Of a stretch of 64,000 nt of DNA, positions 28,335 through 38,761 are shown piece by piece (the first letter of the stretch is position 1; the number at the start of each line of letters is the position of its first letter). Below the pieces are notes generated by a model that made no database searches, was not told where the DNA came from, and saw only the letters and a program-made list of their open reading frames with translations. Source of the DNA: Desulfurococcaceae archaeon (GTDB taxonomy: Archaea; Thermoproteota; Thermoprotei_A; Sulfolobales; NBVN01); assembly GCA_020832985.1 (NCBI GenBank), contig JAJHRE010000001.1, positions 28,776 to 92,775 on the forward strand, given 5' to 3'. Position numbers and translations under genes: made by a program.

Positions 28335-28712
28335 ATGTCGGGGAGTGAAGCCAGTATAAAGAGGATGAGTGAGTTGCTTAAGTCAGGAGCTACTATGCTT
28401 AGTGAAGCATGTCCAATATGTTCTACACCACTATTCAAGCTCAGGAGTGGTGAGGTTATATGCCCAATACATGGGAGGGTTCAAATAGTTAGAAGTGATG
28501 AGGAATTACTATCAGTAACTACTATAAATACCTTAGACGAACTTGAGAAATTCACTGTAAACACCATAAATAGATTAAGGAGGGAGTTAGAGGAAGGAAA
28601 CTCAGACATTAAAGATGAGAGGGATATTAAATTACTGAATACCTGGCTTGAAGTCTTAGAAAGGATTAGGAGGTTAAAAATATTAATAGAGCATAGTAGA
28701 AAAACTACATAA
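28335..28712 (+). CDS. UPF0148 / autoantigen-p27-like zinc-ribbon protein
   Basis: ...LLKSGATMLSEACPICSTPLFKLRSGEVICPIHG... followed by a coiled coil. Confidence 0.6.
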   Translation: MSGSEASIKRMSELLKSGATMLSEACPICSTPLFKLRSGEVICPIHGRVQIVRSDEELLSVTTINTLDELEKFTVNTINRLRRELEEGNSDIKDERDIKLLNTWLEVLERIRRLKILIEHSRKTT

Positions 28713-29062
28713 CCCTCAAAAATACTTACAAATAATACGGCCGGAACCTTATACACCGCCTCATCAAGATCCTTATCCGAAGTTATTACTACATAATGCT
28801 CCTTAGCCTCAACTACAGGTACGTAGACCTTCTACCGTTTCTCAACACGTAGTGGTTCATTGCCTTATAATCTTAATTGTCTTCAGATTCACTACCTACT
28901 GAGAAACAGTATACGTTGAATCTATAATGTGAAGTTATCCTTAAGGTATTTTAATAACGGTATAAACCACCAGTAAATCCTAGTGATAGTAATTAAAACG
29001 TTTAAATCGATGACACACTATGATGCTAAAAGTTAATGACCTAAACTTTAAGTATATCTACG

Positions 29063-29668
29063 TTATGACGTGGTAGGTCTAGATAAACGCTTAAGGATCA
29101 CTTCTAAAACTTCATTAACTACTACTTTAAAGTCTGTCATAGCGTTTACTAATAAGAGTTCCCCACGTGTTACTAGATTTAAGTATATATTTCTAGCTCT
29201 TCTGATTAACTCTAAGTCTGATTCTAATTGTCTTATCTTTGTAGTAGAGTATTTCTTCCTACTTAAACCTACTGTAGGTTCGACATCGAGGTATATAGCT
29301 ATTGTAGGCTTAATAATGAAGTTATTGAGAGTTAATATCCAATTAATATCGACTCCTTGAGCACCTTGATAAGCTAGTGTTGAGTAGTAATACCTATCAC
29401 TAACTACTGTGAATCCTTGCTGTATGTAGGGTAGTATCACATTCTTAACATGGTAGTACCTATCAGCAGTCATTAACAATGTCTGCATTATCGGGTCTAA
29501 CTCATCCCAATACTTACTCATGATCTCTACTATGAACGGTGTATATGGTTCGTAAGTGTATACAGCCTTAACCCCTAAATCATTAAGTTTAGATACTACC
29601 TCCTTAGATACTGAAGTCTTACCAGCTCCGTCAATACCCTCAATAACTATTAAGGCCCCACTATTCAA
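29063..29668 (-). CDS. tmk: Thymidylate kinase
   Basis: P-loop IVIEGIDGAGKTS and DRYYYSTLAYQG. I prefer the TTG at 29668, which makes a TTGAATAG start/stop overlap with the upstream gene. The ORF track extends to 29740. Confidence 0.85.
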   Translation of the reverse strand: MNSGALIVIEGIDGAGKTSVSKEVVSKLNDLGVKAVYTYEPYTPFIVEIMSKYWDELDPIMQTLLMTADRYYHVKNVILPYIQQGFTVVSDRYYYSTLAYQGAQGVDINWILTLNNFIIKPTIAIYLDVEPTVGLSRKKYSTTKIRQLESDLELIRRARNIYLNLVTRGELLLVNAMTDFKVVVNEVLEVILKRLSRPTTS

Positions 29669-30083
29669 TGATGAGTAACCCCTCCCTACATAACAACTTA
29701 CCAATACATCTCCTACCACTACAGTAGTTCTGCAACACATTACTTAACTTACTCCATTCATCAGCTATAGCTAACGGTATATTCGATAGTACACAACCTG
29801 TTATTAGTAGGGGGTCTACCTCCTTAACAATCATACCACTTGGTGCAAGTGATTTCTTAGATAGTGAGTAAATTACGTAGGGACCTACAGTACTACCCTT
29901 CATACCTAAGAAAACCATTAACTTACCACTAATACATCCATGACCGTGTAGGATACCACGCTCACTATCTAAATCCCCTAAGAACGAGATATACTTATTA
30001 ACGAAGATCACCTCACCCTCAGCATCACCACTAACTACAGGTCTGACCCTCACCTCAAACCTAGGTTTAAACCCCACACACAT
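29661..30083 (-). CDS. Aconitase-X swivel-domain protein (DUF126); putative phosphomevalonate dehydratase small subunit
   Basis: ...VSGDAEGEVIFVNKYISFLGDLDSERGIL...GKLMVFLGMKGSTVGPYVIYSL...APSGMIV... is the DUF126/AcnXs pattern. It is adjacent to the DUF521 gene. Confidence 0.7.
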   Translation of the reverse strand: MCVGFKPRFEVRVRPVVSGDAEGEVIFVNKYISFLGDLDSERGILHGHGCISGKLMVFLGMKGSTVGPYVIYSLSKKSLAPSGMIVKEVDPLLITGCVLSNIPLAIADEWSKLSNVLQNYCSGRRCIGKLLCREGLLIIE

Positions 30084-30106
30084 TATAGCTCAGACTCTAT
30101 ACTAAT

Positions 30107-31330
30107 CTAATAATTAATTTTATTAAGAAAGTACGTATTCAATACATCAACCCTAGGTAGTACTAATGTAGGTATCCTACTAAGCCTACTAATATAACTA
30201 GATGCTTTAACAGAGTCAGTAACTACGTAATCAACCTTAATACTATCTAATCTAGACACGACAGCACAACCGTTAGTAACTACCTTAACATTATACCTTA
30301 ATAACTTATTAATCAACTTAACGACCTCATCATTTATGAAACCCTCATAAGTAGTTACCCATAGCTCCCTACCCCTAACATCAATACTACTACCTCCCTT
30401 CTCAACAACACCTACAGCATACCTCAGAACCTCTACCAACTCATTAAAACTTAGGTGAGGACAACCTATCAGGTAGAGTCCATTCCCAGTAAGTACGTTT
30501 TCTCTAAACTCCTTAACGTAAGACTTAATACTCTCACTACCTAAATCATAAACATCCTTAAACTCAACACCTCTGATCAATTCCTTATAATCAGGTGTTA
30601 CTCCCTGAATAACGGCCATAGGGGTATTTGACGTAGTACCTAAAGATGCTAGAAACTGTTTTAACTCGTAAGTACATTTAAACCTTAGGTTAGAGATGTA
30701 AGGAACTTTACTACCTGTTAACTCACCAATTATTAATCCTAAAAACCCTAGATCCACTCCATCCGATACCTTAACATTAAATAGTACTTCAGGTACTCTA
30801 TTATCCCTCAAATGTACTCCAGACTTATACGTCCTCCCAGTAATAGCTGCTAGGAGTGCTAATGGACCTCCCTCCTTATTACTTAAAGCACCTAACACAC
30901 TATTCGCGTAAAGTACAGCATTACTTTCAGCCCATGCTAAATGCTCACCATATCTAGGAGGTCTGACGTTATACGGTACACATGTATAGAACTTAACTCC
31001 TAACCTATTTAATGCATCAACTATCCTTAACTGCTTATTAATGACTTTATCATCGTGTTTATTGCCTAAGAAATCTGATAAGACCATGTATGGGTTAGCT
31101 GAAGTGAATACGTATGCAGTACCTCCAGCGTTAACTATATCCTCAATAAATTCTAAACCAGCATCACCTATGTTTAAGTAGGAAATACCTGAGATATGAG
31201 CGTGTGAAACCTCAACTAGTTCTTCAGCACCTAAAGCCTCACCAACCCTAACTATAACCTTTAAAGCTAATGCCCTAGCATAACCATACTCACCATTAAG
31301 CATCCTCTCCTCAACATTAGTTAGATACAT
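30107..31330 (-). CDS. Aconitase-X catalytic-domain protein (DUF521); putative phosphomevalonate dehydratase large subunit
   Basis: 407 aa with MYLTNVEERMLNGEYGYARALALKVIVRVGEALGAEELVEVSHAHISG..., typical of the DUF521 N-terminus. Confidence 0.75.
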   Translation of the reverse strand: MYLTNVEERMLNGEYGYARALALKVIVRVGEALGAEELVEVSHAHISGISYLNIGDAGLEFIEDIVNAGGTAYVFTSANPYMVLSDFLGNKHDDKVINKQLRIVDALNRLGVKFYTCVPYNVRPPRYGEHLAWAESNAVLYANSVLGALSNKEGGPLALLAAITGRTYKSGVHLRDNRVPEVLFNVKVSDGVDLGFLGLIIGELTGSKVPYISNLRFKCTYELKQFLASLGTTSNTPMAVIQGVTPDYKELIRGVEFKDVYDLGSESIKSYVKEFRENVLTGNGLYLIGCPHLSFNELVEVLRYAVGVVEKGGSSIDVRGRELWVTTYEGFINDEVVKLINKLLRYNVKVVTNGCAVVSRLDSIKVDYVVTDSVKASSYISRLSRIPTLVLPRVDVLNTYFLNKINY

Positions 31331-31342
31331 AAGTAATCATCT

Positions 31343-32638
31343 CTAAGTCCTAACCCTCCTAAACAACTCCAACTTATTAAGAGGTGCTGTAGCATCGATC
31401 CCTAACTTATCTGTTATTCCATCATCTGAGCTAGGGTCTAAGGTAGACCCCCGAACACCTCTAATTAAGATTAAATCCTCACCAGCTTGAAATCTAGTAG
31501 CTATAGCCCACTCAACATCTACTGGGTTATCAGGGTCTATATCTGGGTCTACAACAACTACATGCTTTAAGCTTGGATGTGCTGCGAAGGCAGCTAATAT
31601 AGCGTTCTTAGCATCACCATCACTGTTCTTCTCAATGGATATCACAGCATGTAACCAACAACCACCTGCAGGTGTTAACCTAACCTTAACGACTTTAGGA
31701 ACTACCTTCCTAACAACGTCCCATATCGATGCCTCCCTAGGGAAACCCATGAGTAACTTATGCTCCATACCACCAGGTAAGATAACATGGAATAACTGCT
31801 CATCACGACTTACGTTTAAGTATATAGACTCTACATGTATTATTGGTTGCTGTCTTACCCTATCGTAAAGGCTTAGGATGTCTGGGAACGGTCCCTCACT
31901 TACGTATTCATTAGTTATCCTACCCTCCATAACTAAGGCTGAATCACATGGAACTGGTAAGTCGTATTTAGGAGTCCTACAAAACCGAATACTACTACCT
32001 AATAACTCCTTAGCAAGCCCTAACTCGAATATACCGTATGGTGGTGAGGAAGAAGCTAAGAGCATTAGGGCGGGATGTACACCTACAACTATAGCTACTG
32101 GTGTATCCTTACCAACCCTAGAATTAAGACTTACAATTCTATACAGATGCCTTGGTACTATACGTATAGCCACTCTCTCCCTATCTATAAACATTAACCT
32201 ATGCACAGATGCGTTAAACCCTTCAACATCAGGAGTTCTGGCTATGACTATAGATGAGGTAACGTACATCCCTCCATCATTCTCGAAGAACTTTATGAAT
32301 GGAAGCTTATCTAAACCGTAATTGATGTATGTGAAGAGATCCTTAAACTCATCAACATAATTGAGTTCAGGTTTACTATTTAGAGCATTTAATAACTTAG
32401 TATAAGCACTCTCATCACTTAACACACCTAAAGCCCTATAAAGCTTACCTCTAGTATTGACTACATTACCAACACATAATAAATCACTATTCCTAACCTT
32501 AAACAATATCGTAGTACCATCTACGTCCGACTTCATCAACTCTCTCGTAGGTTCTAAATAGGGTTCTAATACAGAGTTAATCTTAATTAATAACCCGTCA
32601 TCCTCAAGTAACTTGAGGAATGATGCTAGAGTATACAT
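31343..32638 (-). CDS. UbiD-family decarboxylase; putative anhydromevalonate phosphate decarboxylase
   Basis: 431 aa with a UbiD-type N-terminus (...LEDDGLLIKINSVLEPYLEPT...) and core. It is clustered with the AcnX genes. Confidence 0.75.
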   Translation of the reverse strand: MYTLASFLKLLEDDGLLIKINSVLEPYLEPTRELMKSDVDGTTILFKVRNSDLLCVGNVVNTRGKLYRALGVLSDESAYTKLLNALNSKPELNYVDEFKDLFTYINYGLDKLPFIKFFENDGGMYVTSSIVIARTPDVEGFNASVHRLMFIDRERVAIRIVPRHLYRIVSLNSRVGKDTPVAIVVGVHPALMLLASSSPPYGIFELGLAKELLGSSIRFCRTPKYDLPVPCDSALVMEGRITNEYVSEGPFPDILSLYDRVRQQPIIHVESIYLNVSRDEQLFHVILPGGMEHKLLMGFPREASIWDVVRKVVPKVVKVRLTPAGGCWLHAVISIEKNSDGDAKNAILAAFAAHPSLKHVVVVDPDIDPDNPVDVEWAIATRFQAGEDLILIRGVRGSTLDPSSDDGITDKLGIDATAPLNKLELFRRVRT

Positions 32639-33924
32639 TTAACCACCCTACCAACCTCCTCATACCTCTCATTCAATTTTATCCTACCTATTATAAGTCC
32701 TAAAATCTCATCACCCCAAGGAGTTAAGACGTAAATACGTTTATTTAAATAATCAACACGTTCTACAATACCTACTGATACAGTCCTTAAGTTACGGTCT
32801 AACACACCTACTAACAACCCCTTCTCATCACCTTCATTAACTATATTCAATTCTAAACCCTCACCACATACTACCTCCTCATTACTTAAACGTAAACCCT
32901 TCCTAAGAACTATGTTTACAGTATTAGCAAGTACTGATGCGTAAATCACACCACTACGTAAGTTATCAGGTATTTTAACATAGTTACTTAACTCATCAAT
33001 ACTTAACTCCTTACCGGTAAGAACTAGAGAATTAATGAGTACTAACTTATTAATATCTAACTCAACCCTCCTCACATTACTAAATAGTTTTAGATATGAG
33101 TGATGCCTTAAGTAACGTCTATCCTCTCTACTCCTCTCCTTAATAAACTTCGGTCTAGGAATTAGTAAGACCTCAAACCCGTAACCCTTGAAAGAATTTC
33201 TAAAGTAGTTGAATAACTCCTCATCAAGTATTAATACATGTGTAGGTCTTAACATCCTAATCATTAACTGCTTAAGTTCTAACGCATTATAACCTGTTAC
33301 CCAACCGTCAGTATTCACTATCAAGTCAACCCCAGGCCTACATACATCATTAATAACTTCTTGGAAGGCTGTGATGAACTGAGCTAGACAGTACTGAGGT
33401 GAGTTACACCCGACGAACTTCATCATCAACGGCTGTAACTCCCTCAACCATATAAACTTATCCTTAGGCTTAGCTACACCGATAGTACATGGGATAGCTA
33501 TATCCTCCTGACCTATATCAGCATCCACTATATATACCTCACGACCCCTCTGAAGTAGTTGATTAGCTATGAATGCTGTTAATGATGTCTTACCAGCTTC
33601 TGGAGGCCCTATTATTATAATACGTAGGTCAGTACGTAAGTTAATTAACTCCTCACATAGTTTAATCCATGAATCCATGACTTCCTCACCTTGCTGAGGC
33701 TCATCTAGAGAACCTCCATCACCTAAAACAACCTTCAACTCACTACGTTTCAATGCCTTAACACCGTAACTCCTGTATCTACTAATCACTAACTTACTAC
33801 TTGGTTGGAATACAGCACCTGCAACTAATACCTCACCACTCAATACTTCAATACTAGCAGGTCCTGAAACCCTAATCACCTTACCTTCATCAACTGTTAA
33901 AGAGATGATCAACTTTTCAACCAT
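32626..33924 (-). CDS. Clp1/Grc3-like polynucleotide 5'-hydroxyl kinase
   Basis: P-loop IIIGPPEAGKTSLTAFIAN followed by VDADIGQ, with the N- and C-terminal domains typical of archaeal Clp1. Confidence 0.7.
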   Translation of the reverse strand: MVEKLIISLTVDEGKVIRVSGPASIEVLSGEVLVAGAVFQPSSKLVISRYRSYGVKALKRSELKVVLGDGGSLDEPQQGEEVMDSWIKLCEELINLRTDLRIIIIGPPEAGKTSLTAFIANQLLQRGREVYIVDADIGQEDIAIPCTIGVAKPKDKFIWLRELQPLMMKFVGCNSPQYCLAQFITAFQEVINDVCRPGVDLIVNTDGWVTGYNALELKQLMIRMLRPTHVLILDEELFNYFRNSFKGYGFEVLLIPRPKFIKERSREDRRYLRHHSYLKLFSNVRRVELDINKLVLINSLVLTGKELSIDELSNYVKIPDNLRSGVIYASVLANTVNIVLRKGLRLSNEEVVCGEGLELNIVNEGDEKGLLVGVLDRNLRTVSVGIVERVDYLNKRIYVLTPWGDEILGLIIGRIKLNERYEEVGRVVKCIL

Positions 33925-34029
33925 GATTAAAAACGTTTAGACAGGAATTAAGTCTGAAATAACTTGACGTTAAGGATTGATTTTATTAACGTTTATATAA
34001 TTTTAACGTCAATATGTTACGGTATATCT

Positions 34030-35880
34030 ATGTTCGGATGGAATGGTAAGTTGTTGAGGGTAGACTTAAGTTCTGGTAAAGTACGTGTTGAGGAGATTGA
34101 TAAGAATATACTTCTGAAGTTCTTAGGTGGTAGAGGACTTGCAGTATATATACTATGGAGGGAGTTAGAACCTGGTGTAGATCCCCTCTCACCTCTAAAC
34201 AAGCTCGTAATTAGTGCAGGACCTCTAACAGGATTACCGATACCTAGTTCTGGGAAATTAGTAGTAGCTTCTAAATCACCTCTAACACACGGCTATGGTG
34301 ATGGTAATATAGGTACTAAGGCAGCCGTAAATTTAAGGAGGAGTGGATTCGATGCTTTAGTTGTTGAAGGGAGTGCTAGGAGGCCTACCCTACTGTATAT
34401 AGAGGATGGTAAGGCAGAACTAGTTAATGCTGATGAGTTATGGGGTCTTACAACATTAGAAACAGAGATGAGGTTACTTAAAACTTACGGTAGTGATGCT
34501 GCTGTACTCAGTATAGGCCCTGCAGGTGAGAACTTAGTTAAGTTCTCAACGATTATATGTGAGTTCGGTAGGTCTGGTGGTAGGCCTGGTATCGGAGCTG
34601 TTATGGGTTCTAAGAAGTTAAAAGCTATAGTGATCAGAGGTAATCAGGACGTACCACTCCATGATAAGAATGAATTCTTGAAACTCAGTAATGAAGCTTA
34701 CGACCATATTAAGAAAGACCCTAACTACAGCTTCTGGTTAAGACAAGGTACGATGTCAACTATCGAATGGGCTAATACCAATAGTTGCCTACCAACTCAT
34801 AACTTTAGAGAGGGTATCTTCGACGACGCTAGTAAGATAAGTGGTAACTTTATGGAAACGATTAAAGTTAGGCAGAAGGGATGTCCCTACTGTGAAATAC
34901 CTTGCGGTAATATAGTTAGGTATGAGGTTGGGGGTGTTGTAGGTGAGGCTGAACTTGATTATGAGAATGTAGCTATGTTGGGTTCTAATATAGGTCTAGG
35001 AGACCTACATAAGGTTTCAGATTTGAACCTTAAAGCAGACCTTTACGGACTCGATACTATAAGCTTAGGTAATGTCTTAGGACTTACTGCAGAATTAAGT
35101 GAGAGGAAAGTCATAAACGATACCGTAGAGTGGGGGGATTATAAAAGGTTTAAGGAGTTAATAGAGGATATAACGTATAGGAGGGGTTTAGGCGACCTAC
35201 TAGCTGAGGGGGTCAGGTATATAGCATATAAGCTTGGTGGTGATGTGAGTAGGTATGCTATGCATGTGAAGGGTCTCGAGATCTCAGCATATGATTGCCA
35301 CGCAGCTCCGGGTATGGCGTTAGCTTATGGGACATCACCTATAGGTGCACATCATAAAGATGCTTGGTTTATAGCAACTGAGATAAAGATGGGGAGGGAC
35401 TTATACAGTAGGGAGAAGGTTGAACGTCTAATATGGATGCAGAATATCAGAGGAGGTTTGTTCGAGTCATTAACTACTTGTAGGTTCCCATGGCTTGAGA
35501 CCTCATTAGACCTAGAATACTACCTTAAATTCATATACTTAGCCACCGGAGTTAAGTACAGTTGGGATGATATATACGTAGTAGCTAACAGAATCTACAC
35601 CCTCATTAGGTCGTTCTGGGTGAGGGAGTACATGGCTGAGGGTAGGGGATGGAGTACGTTGATGGATACCCCACCAGCTAGATGGTTTGAGGAACCACTA
35701 ACTAAGGGCTCATTAGCAGGTAGTAAGTTAAGTATTGATGGGTATAAGCAAATGCTTAATTGGTATTACGAGTTAAGGGGTTGGGATGCTAGGGGAATCC
35801 CTAAGAAGTCAACACTACATAACCTAGGTATTAGTGAGGTCATACCAGTTCTTGAGAAGTTCATAAAGTTAAGTGATTAA
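34030..35880 (+). CDS. aor: Aldehyde:ferredoxin oxidoreductase (tungstopterin AOR family)
   Basis: MFGWNGKLLRVDLSSGKV..., and the cluster ligand region KGCPYCEIPCG. The ATG at 34030 matches the family N-terminus; the ORF track starts at 33964. Confidence 0.9.
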   Translation: MFGWNGKLLRVDLSSGKVRVEEIDKNILLKFLGGRGLAVYILWRELEPGVDPLSPLNKLVISAGPLTGLPIPSSGKLVVASKSPLTHGYGDGNIGTKAAVNLRRSGFDALVVEGSARRPTLLYIEDGKAELVNADELWGLTTLETEMRLLKTYGSDAAVLSIGPAGENLVKFSTIICEFGRSGGRPGIGAVMGSKKLKAIVIRGNQDVPLHDKNEFLKLSNEAYDHIKKDPNYSFWLRQGTMSTIEWANTNSCLPTHNFREGIFDDASKISGNFMETIKVRQKGCPYCEIPCGNIVRYEVGGVVGEAELDYENVAMLGSNIGLGDLHKVSDLNLKADLYGLDTISLGNVLGLTAELSERKVINDTVEWGDYKRFKELIEDITYRRGLGDLLAEGVRYIAYKLGGDVSRYAMHVKGLEISAYDCHAAPGMALAYGTSPIGAHHKDAWFIATEIKMGRDLYSREKVERLIWMQNIRGGLFESLTTCRFPWLETSLDLEYYLKFIYLATGVKYSWDDIYVVANRIYTLIRSFWVREYMAEGRGWSTLMDTPPARWFEEPLTKGSLAGSKLSIDGYKQMLNWYYELRGWDARGIPKKSTLHNLGISEVIPVLEKFIKLSD

Positions 35881-35949
35881 TCCCTTAAACCTAATACCAA
35901 GACCTAATTTTATTTACTAAATAACGAAACTTAGATACGGATATCTAAA

Positions 35950-37977
35950 GTGAGGTTTAGATGGCCTATCCAAGTTAGGTTAAGATGGTGTCCTAGCTGT
36001 AACGTACCTCTTATTCAGGATTATTGTAGTAGATGTGGTTCTAAAGGTTTTGAAGTTAAGGTAAATCCTCCAGGAGATGTGAGACCTGTATTTAGTGGTG
36101 ATGTTGAGATTATTAAGGAATCCATTAAGAATGAATTTGGAGATTACTCATTAATGAATTTATTAGGTATTGATAGAGGTTTAGTACTCGTTAATAAAGT
36201 CCCTCACTATGATGATATGAAGGAAGTCATAGTTGGTGGGGTAGTAGTTGGTAGGTACTTCTTCGACCCGTTGAGGCTTAAGTGGAGGTGGAGGTTAAGT
36301 AGGTATAGTGCTGAAGTAGCTGTGAACATAGGTTTAGTTAAGTCGGTAGTTGTTGATAGGGTTAAACCGTTGGAGGTGATTAGAGACTCTAACGACTTAG
36401 AAGATACTCAGTACGTTATCATTGATAGAAATGGTGATGTCTTAGGGATCGGTGTTGTACGTAGCGGTAAAGTACGTGTACAGACTATATTCAGTAAGAA
36501 CATAAACACTGAAGTTATTAGTAAGCCTAACTCACTACAGGACTTCATAAGGTCTAACGACCTAATACTGAGGATCTTAACATCACGAGGTATTAAACAT
36601 GCATATGTTATGAATTCTAAAGTTAGGTTACCAACTACTATATCATATTCTGGAGGGAAGGATAGTTTAGTAGCCTTAGACTTAGCGTTAAGAGCTGGGT
36701 TAGAACCTAAGGTGGTCTTCAACGACACCGGCTTAGAACTACCTGAGACGTTAGATAATGTAGTTATGGTTTCCAACTATTACGGGCTTGAACTCCATGA
36801 AGCTAGACCTGATAAGACATTCTGGGATTATTTAGATATTTTCGGACCACCTGCTAAGGACTTTAGGTGGTGTTGTAAGTTGATAAAGTTAATACCGTTA
36901 GCAAAACTATATAAGGGTATGTTCCCTCAAGGTGCTCTCAACATAATCGGTCAGAGAGGGTTTGAATCCATAGATAGAGCTCTTAGTGGTAGGGTTTGGA
37001 GGAATAGGTGGATATCACATATATTGAACATCACCTTAATTCAGGAATGGCCGCAAATAGCTGTATGGGCTTACATAATATCTAATAAGCTAAAGTATAA
37101 CCCGTTATATGAACGTGGTTTTGATAGGCTTGGATGTTACTTATGTCCAGCAGCTAATATAGCTGAATATTACATGGTTGGGAAGTACTATCCTTCGTTA
37201 TGGAGTTTATGGGAGGAACTATTAACTCGGTGGGCGAGGAGGTTAAACCTCCCAGAAAGTTGGGTTAGGTATTCACTATGGAGATGGCTTAATCCCTTAG
37301 CAAGTGGTAGGAGGAGGGTTGAAATTAAATGCTTAGGTAAGGGTTTCAGAAGTGATTGGGTCTCAGAGTACGAACGTAGGTTAGGCATCTCAATACTAAG
37401 TAAGGAGTTAAAGGTAAATCACTCTAAACTAGTTTTCAATGTAGTCATACCTCATGAGAGCTTAATTAATCAGTTAGGGCTTTTAGGGAGGTTATCAGTA
37501 GTTAAGAATGGAGATCTTCTAGAACTACATTCCGATGATTACGTAATTAAATTATCACGTAATACCCTTGAAGTCTCTATCAGGAATGTATTGAAGGTTA
37601 ATGCATTAGACTTGATGAGTAAGGTAGTTAAGGTGATTATAAGATGGTTGAAATGTGTTGGATGTGGAGCCTGTAGTTTATGGTGTCCTAGTAAGGCTAT
37701 AGAATTAGTTAATGGTAAGCCGACAATAAATAATACTAAATGCTTGAGTTGCGGGGTATGTTTAGAGGTATGTCCAGTAAGTGAGGTATTAGTTAGTAAG
37801 GTCTTAATACCTATCATAACAGGAGGTCTAAGCCGTAATACAGAGGGTATAACATCGAGAAGGACTCCGAAGATTATAACGTTAAGTAAGTCATCCAGGT
37901 CATACTTAATAGGTCGTAAGGACAGTATAGGATATGATACTGACTTATCAATCCCAGATAACTTCTTCAGTTGTTGA
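35950..37977 (+). CDS. PAPS-reductase-family PP-loop protein with N-terminal zinc ribbon and C-terminal 2x[4Fe-4S] ferredoxin domain
   Basis: Zinc ribbon CPSCNVPL...CSRCGS, PP-loop SYSGGKDSLVALDL, C-terminal CVGCGACSLWCP and CLSCGVCLEVCP. Confidence 0.65.
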   Translation: MRFRWPIQVRLRWCPSCNVPLIQDYCSRCGSKGFEVKVNPPGDVRPVFSGDVEIIKESIKNEFGDYSLMNLLGIDRGLVLVNKVPHYDDMKEVIVGGVVVGRYFFDPLRLKWRWRLSRYSAEVAVNIGLVKSVVVDRVKPLEVIRDSNDLEDTQYVIIDRNGDVLGIGVVRSGKVRVQTIFSKNINTEVISKPNSLQDFIRSNDLILRILTSRGIKHAYVMNSKVRLPTTISYSGGKDSLVALDLALRAGLEPKVVFNDTGLELPETLDNVVMVSNYYGLELHEARPDKTFWDYLDIFGPPAKDFRWCCKLIKLIPLAKLYKGMFPQGALNIIGQRGFESIDRALSGRVWRNRWISHILNITLIQEWPQIAVWAYIISNKLKYNPLYERGFDRLGCYLCPAANIAEYYMVGKYYPSLWSLWEELLTRWARRLNLPESWVRYSLWRWLNPLASGRRRVEIKCLGKGFRSDWVSEYERRLGISILSKELKVNHSKLVFNVVIPHESLINQLGLLGRLSVVKNGDLLELHSDDYVIKLSRNTLEVSIRNVLKVNALDLMSKVVKVIIRWLKCVGCGACSLWCPSKAIELVNGKPTINNTKCLSCGVCLEVCPVSEVLVSKVLIPIITGGLSRNTEGITSRRTPKIITLSKSSRSYLIGRKDSIGYDTDLSIPDNFFSC

Positions 37978-37979
37978 GT

Positions 37980-38717
37980 TTAATGTACATCTATTATATG
38001 TTTACATCTATCAACAACTATTACTGAATCCCCGTAGAACTGCTTAAGGATGTCGAGGTTTAGTATCTTTAGGGGGTCTCCGAACGCGTACTTACCATAC
38101 CCTAAAATAATAATGTTGGTAGTACCTTCTAGTAATAATGTTGGGTCATGCATAGATACTATAATTAACTTCTCCTTAGAAAGCTTTAATAATACCTTAG
38201 CTATATGAGACCTACTAACCATATCAACGTTTGAGAATGGTTCATCAAGTACTAGTATAGGACTCCTACTTAATAAAGCTCTAGCAATGTTTACCCTCTG
38301 TCTATAACCTCCGGATAACTTACGAACATCTACATCCCAAAACTTCTTATCTATACCTACTATGTCAAGAACTTCAATAACTTCATCACGAGATGATTTA
38401 ATACCTCTTAATTCTAAACCATAATTTAGAAACTCCCACACAGTTATAGGGTAATCATTTACTTGATTATTTGTGAGTTGTGGTGTAAAGCTTATATACT
38501 TACCAGCTAATTTAGGGTTCCCAGTCACGTCGATACCTTCAATGAATACCCTACCTTCTAAAGGTTTTAACAACCCTGATAAAGTCTTCAGTAAAGTTGT
38601 CTTACCAACACCGTTAGGACCTATCACTTGGGTTAAGCCAGGTGAAGTTAACTCGAGCTGTATACCCTTTATCAACGGTCTATCATACCCTATGCTTAAG
38701 TCCTTAACTACTAACAT
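37980..38717 (-). CDS. Metal (Zn/Mn-type) ABC transporter ATP-binding protein
   Basis: Walker A GPNGVGKTT, signature LSGGYRQR, Walker B ILVLDEP. Confidence 0.85.
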   Translation of the reverse strand: MLVVKDLSIGYDRPLIKGIQLELTSPGLTQVIGPNGVGKTTLLKTLSGLLKPLEGRVFIEGIDVTGNPKLAGKYISFTPQLTNNQVNDYPITVWEFLNYGLELRGIKSSRDEVIEVLDIVGIDKKFWDVDVRKLSGGYRQRVNIARALLSRSPILVLDEPFSNVDMVSRSHIAKVLLKLSKEKLIIVSMHDPTLLLEGTTNIIILGYGKYAFGDPLKILNLDILKQFYGDSVIVVDRCKHIIDVH

Positions 38718-38761
38718 CCTATACTACCTATGTGCACATCCAACTTTAAAACTTATAAAGT

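Noticed and set aside
28713-28834. The minus-strand frame upstream of ORF 28481-28756 reads KVYVPVVEAKEHYVVITSDKDLDEAVYKVPAVLFV. This resembles the C-terminal ...T.D.D... segment of PIN/VapC toxins and could be a decayed toxin gene in the 350-bp gap 28713-29062.
   Set aside because: It is preceded by an in-frame TAG. I found no convincing N-terminal PIN motif at the right distance in any frame, and the frame continues antisense into the UPF0148 gene. The evidence is too weak to call a pseudogene.
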